From Guillardia theta CCMP2712 (lineage: Eukaryota > Protista > Cryptophyta): a DNA stretch of 64,000 nt. A model generated the notes under the pieces. That model did no database searches. It worked only from the letters and a program-made list of their open reading frames with translations, and was not told the origin of the DNA. Location of the stretch: contig NW_005434630.1 of the NCBI RefSeq assembly GCF_000315625.1, positions 508,711 through 572,710 on the forward strand, written 5' to 3'. Numbering within the stretch: the stretch's first letter is position 1; each line of letters begins with the position of its first letter. The position numbers and the translations under genes are program-made. Positions 1 through 11,838 of this stretch are shown in pieces.

Positions 1-111
1 CGGGCGGTTGTCGAGGTCAGAGTTCCATGATGGCCAAGTGCCGTTGAAGGCGAGGGGGAGCTGCTCATGGTGCTGGTACTCCTGGCGCCACATCCACAAA
101 GTCTGGAACAT
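1..111 (-). CDS. Internal exon fragment of a gene running off the window start (MFQTLWMWRQEYQHHEQLPLAFNGTWPSWNSDLDNRP), unknown product
   Basis: Open frame on the minus strand immediately preceded by a 'tatccag' acceptor; no recognisable domain. Confidence 0.3.
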   Translation of the reverse strand, partial: MFQTLWMWRQEYQHHEQLPLAFNGTWPSWNSDLDNRP

Positions 112-442
112 CTGGATAGATTGTCAATACTTCAACAGAATGAGAATCATTCTCAAAAGACCAGCAAAGAAGCACAAATACATTTTGCGATGGACATCGA
201 TCATGAGGGAACATGTTTCTGTAGTGTTTTCCTTACGGAAACCATGGGAAACATCATTATCCGGCATCTCACACTATGCATTATCATGCTCGTTCAAGAA
301 TAAGAAGGTCTTTCATCAAATATCCCGCTTGTCATCTACAAACTACTTGTGTTCATCCCAATCATTAATCTCTCACACCATACAACTTCTTTCTGTATTA
401 TATCATACTTCATTGTCGCTTCTCTCTCGTCTCTCCTTGTTT

Positions 443-565
443 TCCTCCTCCTCCTCCTCCTCCTCCTCCTCCTCCTCCTCCTCCTCCTCCTCCTCCTCAT
501 CATCATCCTAATCATCCTCATCATCATCCTCATCATCATAATCCTCATCATCATCATCATCATCG
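443..565. repeat. (CTC)n followed by (ATC)n microsatellite
   Basis: Directly visible trinucleotide runs. Confidence 0.95.
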
Positions 566-1236
566 TCTTCACCTTCTGGTTTGTTACTTCAGGCCTGCTT
601 GCCCTCGATTATAAAGCACTTCCACCACCCCACCTCCTATTCTTGAGATCAGTTTAACCCTACCCCCAGAAATCTCTGTGACCTTGATGCACCGCTACTG
701 TTGAAGGTACCTACCTTGTATTTATGCTAAATTCATTTCGAGAAATATGGGGTTATCCAATTACCCCACCCCACTCAATATGACAAAACATGGAAAACTT
801 CCAGTCAGAACCCCACCATGAACATCTGAATACCACCCCACCCTCAAACAAGGCGTTCGACGACATTCCCAAAATAGACTGAGACAAGTGACCACATCCT
901 CCCACATCCCCTCATCGATCCTGGGAAACTCATCCCCCTCCTTCACCTGCGCGTGAAAGGTATTTAGCTAATGGAGTTTGAAATAAGACCATAGGCGAAA
1001 ATGCTGAAGGAGGAATACGAGGAGAAGGGACAAAGAGGCAGAGAGAGGGAAGGGAGAAAGGAAGAGAAGGAGAAAAGAGTTGAGATGGAAAGTTTGTATC
1101 CATGAGCTGATTTGTTGTTGAGAGGAGGTGGGAAAGGACAACACGATCAAAGAGGTTGAAGAATGCAGATGAAACAGGAGGTCGGAAACTGTGATCGAAT
1201 CGATCCCAGTGCAACATTAATATCAAGGATTCACTT

Positions 1237-3329
1237 ATGGATAACAGGTTTGCTCTGCTTTTCGACAGACGGCGAATTCAAGGATATGAAATGAAGCAGG
1301 TAGGCAAGAAGAAACACGTCCGTGCTATGGCAATGCTGATGGCGGCTGTCTTGCTCGCGGCAAGTGACTGGAGTGTTCTTGCAACACAACGACCCTCAAA
1401 GGAAAAGACAGGCTGGAGCATATCGGTGCAAACGGCTCTGAGACTCAGAGGAGGGAAACGGAGGAGGATAAGAGAGCCTATCACAGGAATCCTGTCAGGG
1501 CTCAAGGAACGAAGCCCCAAGAGCCCTTACTACTATGAGCAGCGAGAGTTGGCCGCGGAAATGCGGAAGCATCGCAAGAAGAGCAAGAGGAAGGAGAAGG
1601 AGGTTGACTGGGAGAAGGAGCTGAGGGAGAAGAGAGAAGGTCTGATCGATCCCAAGAAGCTTCCCGACGAGAAGAAGTTTGGAAAGAAGAGAAAGAAGAG
1701 CATGATGGAAGACCTCGCCTACCTGCAGAGGAACATGTCTCTACGTCAGGAGAAGACGCTGAGTGACGCGGGGATCACGCTCGACAGCCTGATGGAGACG
1801 AGGCCGCAGTTTCACCTGATGAACCTGACGGTCAGCCCCTGAGCTCGACCAGGACAGTGCTGATTGCTGCAACAGAAGACACAGCTGATCGAGCTCGGCG
1901 GGGTTCTCACCAAGCACTGCGAGTAAGACTCCTCCCTTGCTCTCGTGCCACTAACGTGCCGGAGGGTGGTGAACGACTGGATAGACCGCAAGAGGAAGGG
2001 GGAGGAGACGGGGGAGTTCGACGAGGTCAAGTGAGCGAATGCCATTCGAATCTCCAGCGATGTTGGACGGCTCAAGTGTCGGCAGGGACGAGAAGACGAA
2101 GCAGAGGCTAAGGCTTTTCGACGCCATCGAGTTCGGTATCTTTTGCTGCCACCATCTCCCCCTCCCTGCTCGCCCATCCCTTGCCTCTCCCTCCTCCTGC
2201 TCCTGCCTTCCGTCAGCCGCGTGTTGCAGGAAACCTGAAGCAATTCTTATCCGCCATTGAGCTGGGAGCGGACGTGAACTCTTGCTATCAGAACGAGGTA
2301 TCGCTCTCTGCCCCTCTTCCTTCTAGTTCACACACACTCTCCTCCTGCCAGGATCTTCCTCAGCAGTTGGGCATGAGCCCGCTGCAGCTCGCGTGCTCGC
2401 TGGGTAGGCGAGAGATGTGCCGCATCCTCCTCGAGGTTTGACAGTCTTCTGTTCCTCCCCCGTGTGATTGCTCGCAGCACGGAGCCAACGCAACATTCCG
2501 CGACCCTCGGTGCTCTGTCCTCTCTCCCCCCTCTTAGTTCATCCCTCCTCCTCTTCTCTTCGCTTATCCTCCTCTGCAGAATGGAGACTCCCCTCCACTA
2601 CGCTGCAATGAAAGACGACGCTGAGGTGGTGAGGATGCTGACAGCAAAGGTCTACCTATCCTCCGACTTCGCGTCATGCTTCCACTGAGCCTCATGGCAG
2701 GAGGTCCCTGTCAATGTTCGCAACCTCCACAGCTACGATCCCTTGTACGCCCTCGTCCTCGTCCTCGTCCTTGTCCTCGTCCTCGTTGTCTTCGTTGTTT
2801 CAGCTCTCCTCATACCTTGCAGGCACCTTGCAGCTGGCTTGGGAAACGTCAAGGTTGCAGCGGCGCTGCTTGATGCGGGGGCGAATTTCAGTCGGACTGT
2901 GAAGCCTTGGCGGGAGCCGGGGATGGAGTTTCTAAAGGGGATTCCATGCTTCAATCCAAACTCGTACGACAACTGCTGCTCCTTCTCCTGCCCCCCCCTG
3001 ACCGTTAAGCTGCAGATGTGCGGTTGCTGTTCTATGCCATCAGGTGGAGGTCGTCGAGCTCTTCCGGGCCCGGGGGATACTCCCGAAACATCTCGAGGCT
3101 TATAGGTGAGGAGGCCGAGGAGGAGGAGGAGAAGGTGGTGGTGGTGGCGGAGGAGGAGGAGGAGGAGGAGGAGGTGGTGGTGGTCGTGGTGGTGGGGCAA
3201 GCTGAGCAGATTGTCAGAGGCCCTCGAGGAGGGGGACAAGGCGAGCAGCAAGGAGAGAAGCGAGTGTTGGGACCTTGGGAGGCTCGAGGATTCACTTCAT
3301 TCCGGCCTGCCGGATTCTCTGGCTCGTAA
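1237..3329 (+). CDS. Multi-exon ankyrin-repeat protein with signal peptide, LRLRGG motif and Lys/Glu-rich N-terminal region
   Basis: Hydrophobic leader AMAMLMAAVLLAAS; LRLRGG at 1438-1455; ankyrin motifs GADVN, MSPLQLACSLG, TPLHYAA, HLAAGLGNVKVAAALLDAGAN in successive exons. The last exon (stop 3329) is my splice inference and the start codon is uncertain (1237/1291/1327). Confidence 0.75.
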
Positions 3330-6300
3330 GATCGCCTTGGCTGCTGTCTTGCCCTTCCGATTCTTGAGGTTCGGATCGGCTCCGAACTCCTCGATCAGGA
3401 CCTGCCGACGAGAGTGAAGGAGGGGAGAGCAGGATAAAGTCTCATTAGAAGTCTTCCCACCCGCACTGCCTCCCACGCCTTGGCCTTCACAGCGAGGTAG
3501 AGGGGAGAGTTTCCTGCCCTTGTGTCACTTTTATCCGTGTCTCATCTCTACCTGCCTTCTTCGTTCTGTGCGTCCACTTCCGCCCCTGCCCTGCAGAGCA
3601 GCCGCACGACCTGAGAACTCTGAGCTCGCTCTCTCCCCCTCCCTCTCCCTCCCTTCCCCCCCGCCCCCCCGGATCCTCCTCCCCTTCCTCCTCCTCCTCC
3701 TTCTCGTACATCGACGTGATTGTTGCTCGCTGCCCAGTGGAGGATGTGCCATCCCTTGCGATCTACAAAGTTTACGTTTGCACCATGCTCCTGCAGGCCA
3801 CACTCAACGAGGGAGAGAGTGCGGGGGCAGGAGCAGAGCAAGAGTCGATTCTTGCCAGAAGGAGGCTGACAACTTCCGCATGCCCATTCTCAGCCGCCGC
3901 CTACAGCAAGAGCAGTTACAGAAGCGAGAAGCGGGGGGGGGGGGAGACGGAGGGAAGGAGAAGGAAGCAGCAAAGGGAGGAGCCGTTGCGAGCTGATACG
4001 GGTCGGAGAGTAGGGGAAAGAGGAAGTGGAGGAGGATGAAAACGAGGAGGAGGACGAGGAGACCTTGAGGGGAGTGTAGTTGACGAGGTAGAAGCAATGA
4101 GGATGCAGCTCTCCTCCACTCGATACCTTCACCATCTTCATTACCTCGTCATCGGTCTCATCATGCTCACCGCGTCTACGTCGCTGCTGTTGACGGAGAG
4201 GAGGAAGCGGCAGATCTCCGCATGCCCTGGCCGGCTTGTCATGTCGAGGGAGAAAGGGAGCAAGGGGCTACCTCGAGAGGAGGCGAAGAAGAGGCAACGA
4301 GGAGCGTACGGGTCGTAGGAGATGTCGGGGGGGAGAGGAAGGTTGGGGGGGAGCTGAGCACGGGCTCTTGGAGGAGCGCAGACGTCAGCACCCTTGGCGA
4401 CGACGCTCTTAAGCAGGTCCAACTCTCCGTTGATAGAAGCCTGTCGAGCCCGCTCGCACAAACAGTCGAAAACCTGAGACAGCACTCAGCCCCTTCTGCC
4501 ACCTCCTCCTCCTGCCTTGCTCTTGCTTCTTCCCTCTTCCTCGCGCTCTTTCTCCAGCCTCACACCCACTGGCACCCCCCCATGCCGCTGCTATTTTGTC
4601 CCCTCCCTGTCGTCCTCCCCCTCCTTCTCGCCTGTGTATAGAGCGACTTCGCATCCTTGAGGTACTCCTGGAGTGTCGCGATACTTCGTCCGTCTTCGTC
4701 CAGCGGGATCTTATGACAATTCATAAGGAAGGTGAGAGAGAGCAAGAGCAAGGGCAAGGGCAAGGGCAAGGGCAAGGGCAAGGGCAAGGGCAAGGGCAAG
4801 GGCAAGGGCAAGGGCAAGGGCAAGGGCAAGGGCAAGGGCAAGGGCAAGGGCAAGGGCAAGGGCAAGGGCAAGGGCAAGGGCAAGATATCTCGAGTCCGCA
4901 CCTGGTTCTCCTTGCAAGAAATGGAGGCATCATCGTCGGGAGGAAGAGAATCCCCCGCTGTCGCGTTGAGGTATCCTCCCGGAGCGAACTCGCTGACCCT
5001 CTCGATCTCGTAGACGAGGTCCCTGATAAGCTGATTGACTTCGGCCAGGGTAACCTGCCGGCACTGGTGGTCAGCTCCAGCAGCGGACAAGCAAGCTCAC
5101 CTTGTTCGACACCAGGTTCTTCGATTCCTCTGCAGCATATCTGCATGGAGGAGGTGAGAAGAAAGGCGGAAGAAGAGAAGAGGGACAGGCGAGATTGAAC
5201 ACGATCAGGCATACAAGGACAGCTGGGGTTTGAGGCAACGGTAGCCGGACAGTGTCGAGAACACCTGACTTCGATGCGGACTTTCTTGACGACGATGAAT
5301 CCTCGGTTCACGATACGTCGAGCTTCTTGTGGGCTGATGGAGGGGGTCAGAAAGATCACCTCAGCCTTCTTGCCTCACGTCGCGTAAGTCACGAAGGCGA
5401 ACCCGGCGCTGTAAAGGATGTTGTCTTGCCTCTTGATAACGTCGCACGACACAACCTGAAACGTCTCAGCTCACGCCGCGTCATCTCCCCTCTTCCTCGT
5501 CGTCTTTCTCCTCCTCCTCCTCCTCCTCCTCCTCCTCGACCTCCCCGAATCTTCTGAGGACGGGAAGCAATTCCGACGCGATGAGCTGCGAGCACGGGGA
5601 GTCAGAAGGGGAGACGGAGACAGCAGGAGGAGGGTTGACCTGTCTTGTTCCCCCGAGGAAGACCTTGTTTGTCTTGCCCGTCTGCGTGTTCCTCACCTTA
5701 GAAAACTCTCGATCCGCCATCTTGGAGAAGACGATCTGCTCCCTGATGCGCATGGGCCCATGGCTGATGCACTGCAGCGGCCGGTGAGCGTGGCAGCGAG
5801 CGACCGAACCCTCACCTTCATCGCCTGCGCGCTGCTCGCAAACATGACAAACGCGTATCCCTTCGGCTCATCGGTCACTTGGTCGCGGATCACCACCAGG
5901 TCTGCAACGTCAATTGAGTTTCCCAACCTCCTCCTCCTCCTCCACCAGCACCACCACCACCACCTCCTCCTCCTCCTCCTCGTCCTCGTCCTCCTTATCG
6001 TCCTCCTCGCATGCTGTTGACTTATCACCATCAATCTCGCCGCAGAGCCGTTCGATGTTCACCCATAGCTCCCATTCTATCCAACAGCATCAGCAGCGCG
6101 ATCAGCCAACTAGCCTGACCTTGTAAGTCTCCTGTGTTGCCCAGGAACACCGACCGCTGCGCAAGTTTGCTGTCTTGAGGGGGGGGCCTCTCCCTCGCAC
6201 TCGCCCTGCCGCCCATATTGGAGATGAGCTGAGCATCAGCAGCAGCGTCGGTCACCCTGGAAAGAACAAGCAGGAGGCGTCAAGGTCAGCTCGCAAGCGC

Positions 6301-6580
6301 TTGAGCAGCCAGAGGACCTGTCGGGCTCGACCATGCCCTGCTCTTGTGACTGAGAGGATCGCCGGGGGATCCACACCTTGGGTCGCTGCATGTACTTGCT
6401 CCTCAGCGACCTCATGTCCTGCTCTTCCCTGCCCTTCTCCTTCATGTCCGCGTCTCCTCCTCTCAGCCGACAGAGGCAGGGCAGCGATCGCGGTACCCCT
6501 GCACCCGCAAGCGGCTCATGGCGAGAGCTGCAGGAGACGGTGAGGAGGAGGAGGGCGGCGGAGGTGACGTGCTTGAGCAT
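3297..6580 (-). CDS. Multi-exon protein: signal peptide, CRLRGG, two RRM domains, C-terminal ankyrin repeats
   Basis: Leader MLKHVTSAALLLLTVSCS; RRM motifs VFLGN/KGYAFVMF and KVFLGG/GFAFVTY; ankyrin motifs GELDLLKSVVAKGADV, GHAEICRFLL, HGANVN...LHWAASNNH, GADPNLKN; stop at 3297. Could be two genes. Confidence 0.7.
4752..4883. repeat. (GGGCAA)n hexamer microsatellite, intronic
   Basis: About 22 perfect copies, lying between exons of the RRM-ankyrin gene. Confidence 0.95.
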
Positions 6581-6792
6581 GTTCTACTGGACCGCTGCTT
6601 GCTTCATGTGCTCCAGGAGCGGCGGGGGAAGCAGCGGGGGAGAGGGGGGGGCGGGAGAGCGGGGGGGAGGGGGGGGAGGGAGGGGGGGAAGGGAGGGGCG
6701 CAAAGGCGGTGGAAAAAGAAAAAACAGACTGAGGGAGGGAGCGGTGAGGAAGTGAATGTAAGTGAGGTAGGAAGAGAGAGAAGGAGAGAGAG

Positions 6793-8295
6793 ATGGGGAG
6801 GTTGATGTGCGCCATGATGATGATGGTGAGCGGCATGATTGCGGGAGAGAGCCGACAACACGCCATGGCGTTCGGCCTGATGCAGGGAGTTGGCATGACG
6901 AGAGGGTCGGGGTCGCTGGCATCCTCGACTTCATCCTCCCGCTGCCTCAACATGCAGCTCGGAGGTGCCATGGAGGACAGCCGAGTCTTCATCTTCGGTC
7001 TCGGATACGTGGGCCAGGCCCTCGCCAAGCATCTCCAGCAGCGCTGGGGATGTCAAGTCAGCGGGACCTCGCGGTCCGGCAGAGAGGCAGAGAGGCTGAG
7101 CAGCCTTGGGATCCGGACCTTCCTCTTCTCGGGGGGGGAAGAGCCTCTAGCGCTGTGCGAGGAGGGGCAGGGGAGGCTGCGGGAAGCAACCCACGTCCTC
7201 TCCACGATCCCCCCCAGCTCGAACGGGGACCCTGTGCTAGTGGAGCACTGCGAGACGCTGAGGAGCCTCCGCAGCTCGTGGGTCGGCTTCTTGTCTACCT
7301 GTGGCGTCTACGGCGACCACGAGGGCGAGTGGGTGGACGAGGAGAGCGCGACGAGGGTGGGGCAGGAGGATCGGGCGGCCCAGTGGCTGCAGGTACGTCA
7401 ACCTTGGAGCATGCGACCTTGACTGAGGGCGAGGGAGGCGGAGGAGAGGTGGCGAGCCTGCACGGGAGGAGGAGGAAACGTCTTCCGGCTCGCTGGGATC
7501 TATGGGACAGGACGATCAGCCATCGATTCCGTCAGGTCCTCCATGGCCCTCCCTCCTCTTCTTCCTCCCTCCTCCTCTTCCCTCTCATCCCTCTCCTTGC
7601 TCCTCCTCCTTCCCCCTTCCCCTCCTCATTCTGCCTCCCTCTTCCCTTCCTCCTCATCTTCCTCGCTCCTCCTCCTCCTCCTCCTCCTCCTCCTCCTCCC
7701 TGATCTTGAGGGAGCGCAGGAGTGGCCGGGCCGCGAGGGAGGACGAGGACAAGCTCGTGTCTCGCATCCATGTTGAAGACATCTGCAGCGTCCTCCGCGT
7801 CTCGATGGAGTCAAACTCCCAAGCTCGAGTATTCAACGTGGCTGACGACTACCCATGCTCCCGCAGTGAGGTACCGTACATGAAGACACTTGCATCTTCC
7901 CGCTCCTGCTGCTCTCCTTCTCGTCCTCCTCCTCGTCCACATCATCATTATCATACCGCCCCTTCCCTTCCTGATTCCAGCACAGGTATACAACTTTGTC
8001 AGGCATCTGCTGGAGCAGGAGGGAGTCGAGGTTCCCGACGCAGCAGCAGCAGCAGCAGTCACCGATGTGGGCAAGAAGGGGAGGAGGGCGCGGAGAGGCA
8101 GCAAGAAGGTCAGCAACCGAGGATCAAGAGAGAGCTCGGTATCGTGCTGGGGAGGAAAAGTCTTGGAGCTGACCCCCAGCAGGCGTCGAGCTTGCTTATC
8201 CGAGCTACCGTGAGGGGCTTGCGGCTGTCTTGGAAGAGTTGAAGGCATCGGGCGAGCTGACGAGCAGCAGCCGAGGGGAGGCAGGGAAGACTTGA
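6793..8295 (+). CDS. NAD(P)-dependent epimerase/dehydratase, atypical SDR (YeeZ-like), probably plastid-targeted
   Basis: VFIFGLGYVG Rossmann motif, FLSTCGVYGD-HEGEWVDE, FRLAGIYG, SRIHVEDI, FNVADD, C-terminal YPSYREGL; leader with AMAF motif. Confidence 0.85.
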
Positions 8296-8350
8296 CATGA
8301 GTTCAATACAATACCCGATTCTTGACATGAGTTCAATACAATACCCGATT

Positions 8351-11300
8351 CTACAACGTGCCCTGCTTCTTGAGCACCCCTCGCCCTACTGGACGCGTCG
8401 ATATCTCCACGGGACCTGAAGGGTCGAAGTGAGTTGGAGCCAAGCAGCGAGGAAGGAAGAAAGAGAAAGAAAGCATCAAGGAGGCAGCGAGAACGAGGCA
8501 GTGGACGACGAGGGAGGAAAGAGAAAAGGAGGGAGAGGGTGACCATTGTTGTTCGATCGTGGGATGAAAGGGAAAATTCCTCTCCCGATGTTCTCAAAAG
8601 TGCCCAGAATCCCCGCGCCAACCTCCCCTATCCTCTTCGCCTCTGTTGGCTTGCTGCCGAATAGCCCCCGGCCCTGTGACGCGATGAAGCCCCAGCCTTC
8701 CTCTTGCCTGCCAATGGGACACGTCAGCCTCCAACCTCCTGCTTCCCACACTCACAGGTTCCTCGCCGTCGGCAACCTTGTGCTTCTGGTTGTGAGAGCG
8801 CCGTCGAGGCTCTTCCTCGGAGGAGGGGTGGAGAAGTTGAAAGGAGAGAAAGGAAGATTGACTTTGATGGCGGAGGGCAGAGGGTCGAAGCCGAAAGGGC
8901 CCGAGATCGCTTCCGAGACCTTGGAGAGATTGGACGTGTTGGAGTCGACTCCCTTCCCCCGGCCGTTGGTGAGCATCACCTCAGGGGCCGCGGCCCGAGG
9001 GGTCTGTCGGATTTGATCAGAGGGAAAGGGAAGGAGAAGGTAGCACAGTACCATCACAAGCTTCTTCGGCCGAGGCGTGCACTGGTCAGCTCCAAGGATC
9101 TCCTTCTCGAAGCCGGACAAGCGACCGTGCAGGTCGTCCATGTCATTGACAAGTGCCTGTGGGCGGATGAGGGAGGGAAGATTCTCGAGTGGACCTTCAA
9201 GCGCAGTTCAATAAGAACTCACGTTGGATTTCTCTACTAAGAGGGAAAGCGGTGAAACAGTCTTTCTCCAGCACCCCCTTGTCCAGCAAGGGAGGTTCGT
9301 TGGACGTGTTGAAATTTTCCTGCATCGGACTTCAACCAGCCAGAATGCGTGGGATGCGCAGCCATCACCAGCAGCACGGGAGCGAAGTCTCGATTCATTT
9401 GCGCCTCCTCCGCCAGGATCCCCTTGATGGTCATGAGGGCAGTGACAATCCTCTTCTTGTTCCAACGCCCGTCCAGTTTCTTTCGAGATTTGATCAGACG
9501 CGCGCAGAAAGACAAGACAAGTTCCTCACGTCTGCCTGCATCACGCTCGAGAGCTCTCGCAGCTGAAAGCGCCTCAGCGCCTGTTTGATCATGACCATGA
9601 ACTCCTGGATACCTGCGAAAACACTTGGATAAGTGCGTCGGAAAATTCTTCATGCATGCTTTCTTATATCTATCCCTCTGTGTCTCTCTGTCTCTAGACG
9701 TAGATGTGCATGCATACACGCAAACACGTGTGTACAGATGTACAGATTCATCAAAGGCCCTGACTTCTTGTGCTTCGTACCCATGTATCCATGCGCATCG
9801 CAGAGCTTCTTTTCCTCGACGTACTTCTCCCAGTGAGGCCGATGAAACATGATTGGAGGTATACAGCTGATAAACGCTTAATTTCACTCGAAACACATCA
9901 GGGCAAACCTCACCCCAGGTTCAAGAAGCCATGATACAGGTTCGTATGATTCAGCCTAGTGTTCTCCCCTCCGGTCAGGTCGGCTGCCCGAACGATTCGA
10001 ATGAAGAGGAACGTGATGCGCTTTTCCAGGTCGTCCACATCATGATACGTGCACAAGTCTTTCGCTATGATTGTGAGAGGACAGCGGTCGTGAACCGGAG
10101 CTTTCTCCTTGACCTTGTGCCGCTCCATCTGAAGTGAAGTCGACTTGGTCGCCGCTCGAGCGAATTCATCCAGGAGCACCGCAATCACAACATTGACTAG
10201 AACAAAGGAGACCAGAAGCTGGTAGCTGACAAAGAAACTGCAACGCCGGGCCCGTTCCCGGTGAGTATGAAGAGCTGTCGAGAGATGTAGGCCCAATTAT
10301 CTCCCGTAAGGATCTGAAACATGGTGAACATGGTCGTGAAGAAGTCACCAAAGTACTCAGGCCAGCTGGAGCTGAAGAAAGAAACAGCCATGATCGAATA
10401 GATGCATGTGACAAGACAGACAAGGGCAAAGGCGTTCATCATCGGCGGGATAGAGAGGTTCAGAGCAATCAAGATCTGGCGGAGCGACGGGACCCTCTTG
10501 AACAGTCGGAAGACCCTGAAAGTCCTCAGCAGTCGCAGCACCTTGATCACAAAAGTCAGATGGTTGCAACACAGGAAGCTACATCAGCACCGAGATCCCA
10601 GGGACGTTGGGACTGAAGTTTGCGACGACGGAGATAAGCACAACGGTGGTGTCAAACCAGTTCCAAGCATCCCGTATGAATTCATTGACAAGAGTAGAAA
10701 ACATGTTGGTGATGAGCTCCAACAAGAAAAGCCCAGTGAAAGATGAATCTATGAAGTTGAGGATGTACCTCAGACCGGCAAGATGCTCATCTTGCAATTG
10801 ACTGTCCATGATATTTACAACAAAGTTGAGTGAGATCATCGTGGCGATTACAATCTGAGTTCGGTCTCCCAGGTATAACCATCTCACATACCTCCGATAG
10901 GTCTGCAGTCTTGTCATCGGAACAAAACTTGAACGATCATAATGCCTCATGATGCGCGCGATGCTAGAAACCCACACATCCAACTCTTCGTACGAGCTCG
11001 TCTCAAAAACGAACTGCCGCCCCCGATGATACCCCTTCAGACTGGTGCATATGGAAAACTGCAGATCCTGCAGAGTGCCCAGCAGTTCCTTTGCCTTAAG
11101 CCTCTCTACTTCATACTCCGGGTCCATCGAGAAGATGGCATCAAATTCTTCATCCTCCATTCCGCAAAAAACGATGCCACAAACATCTCCAAAGTAGATT
11201 CTGTCCAGCACGCAGCCACCATCCGTGTTCCCATACGAAATGTACTCAGAGGTTAGACAAATATTCCTCAGCAGAAAGGCGCTGGTTGGATAGAAACCAC

Positions 11301-11640
11301 GTTTGCGAAGCGCTCCTTCCAGCCATACGGTGTGACTATCCAACAACTGAGCGTCCGTTAGGTCTTGTAGTTTTCCAGACAGAGGCTTCTTTGATTTCCG
11401 TTTCACTGTTCCCACCTTTCGGCGCAATATGGCGCCTATTCTCAAGAGTGCACGCATACCTCCTCAATCCAGGATCGACGGGGAGCTGCGGCAACTCCAG
11501 AAGGTTACGAAGAATACCTGCCCTACACTTCGAACGATCGTCTCCTTTAACTCATTGTGGTGTCCGGTTCGAAGAGCTATGACGGAACCATATTTATGTC
11601 TGGACGGCTACCAACGCGGAGATAGGACGATGGAGCATGG
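8351..11640 (-). CDS. Single-domain (6TM) voltage-gated cation channel, BacNav/EukCat-like, with N-terminal PH domain and long C-tail
   Basis: S3 WNWFDTTVV; S4 VLRLLRTFRVFRLFKR; pore FTMFQILTGDNWA; S6 FVLVNVVIAVLLDEF; PH-like LEGALRKRG...FVFETSSYEELDVWVSSI. The 5' start and distal C-terminal exons are approximate. Confidence 0.8.
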
Positions 11641-11771
11641 CCTTTACCACATTGAGTGGCACGACGGTGGGCAAGGCTAAGAAGCGGAAAGAACGAGTGG
11701 CAATGCGGCAAGGAGAAGAGGTTCAGAGCAGCAAGGAAGAAAGAAGTGATGTGGGTGGTAAGTAAGGATAG

Positions 11772-11772
11772 A

Positions 11773-11837
<65 letters not shown>

Positions 11838-11838
11838 C
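11772..11838. repeat. (AGCAGG)n microsatellite
   Basis: Directly visible. Confidence 0.95.

Noticed and set aside
4596-5359. Dipeptide-repeat ORFs (GQ, GK, PL, CP, AL)
   Set aside because: All derive from an intronic (GGGCAA)n microsatellite
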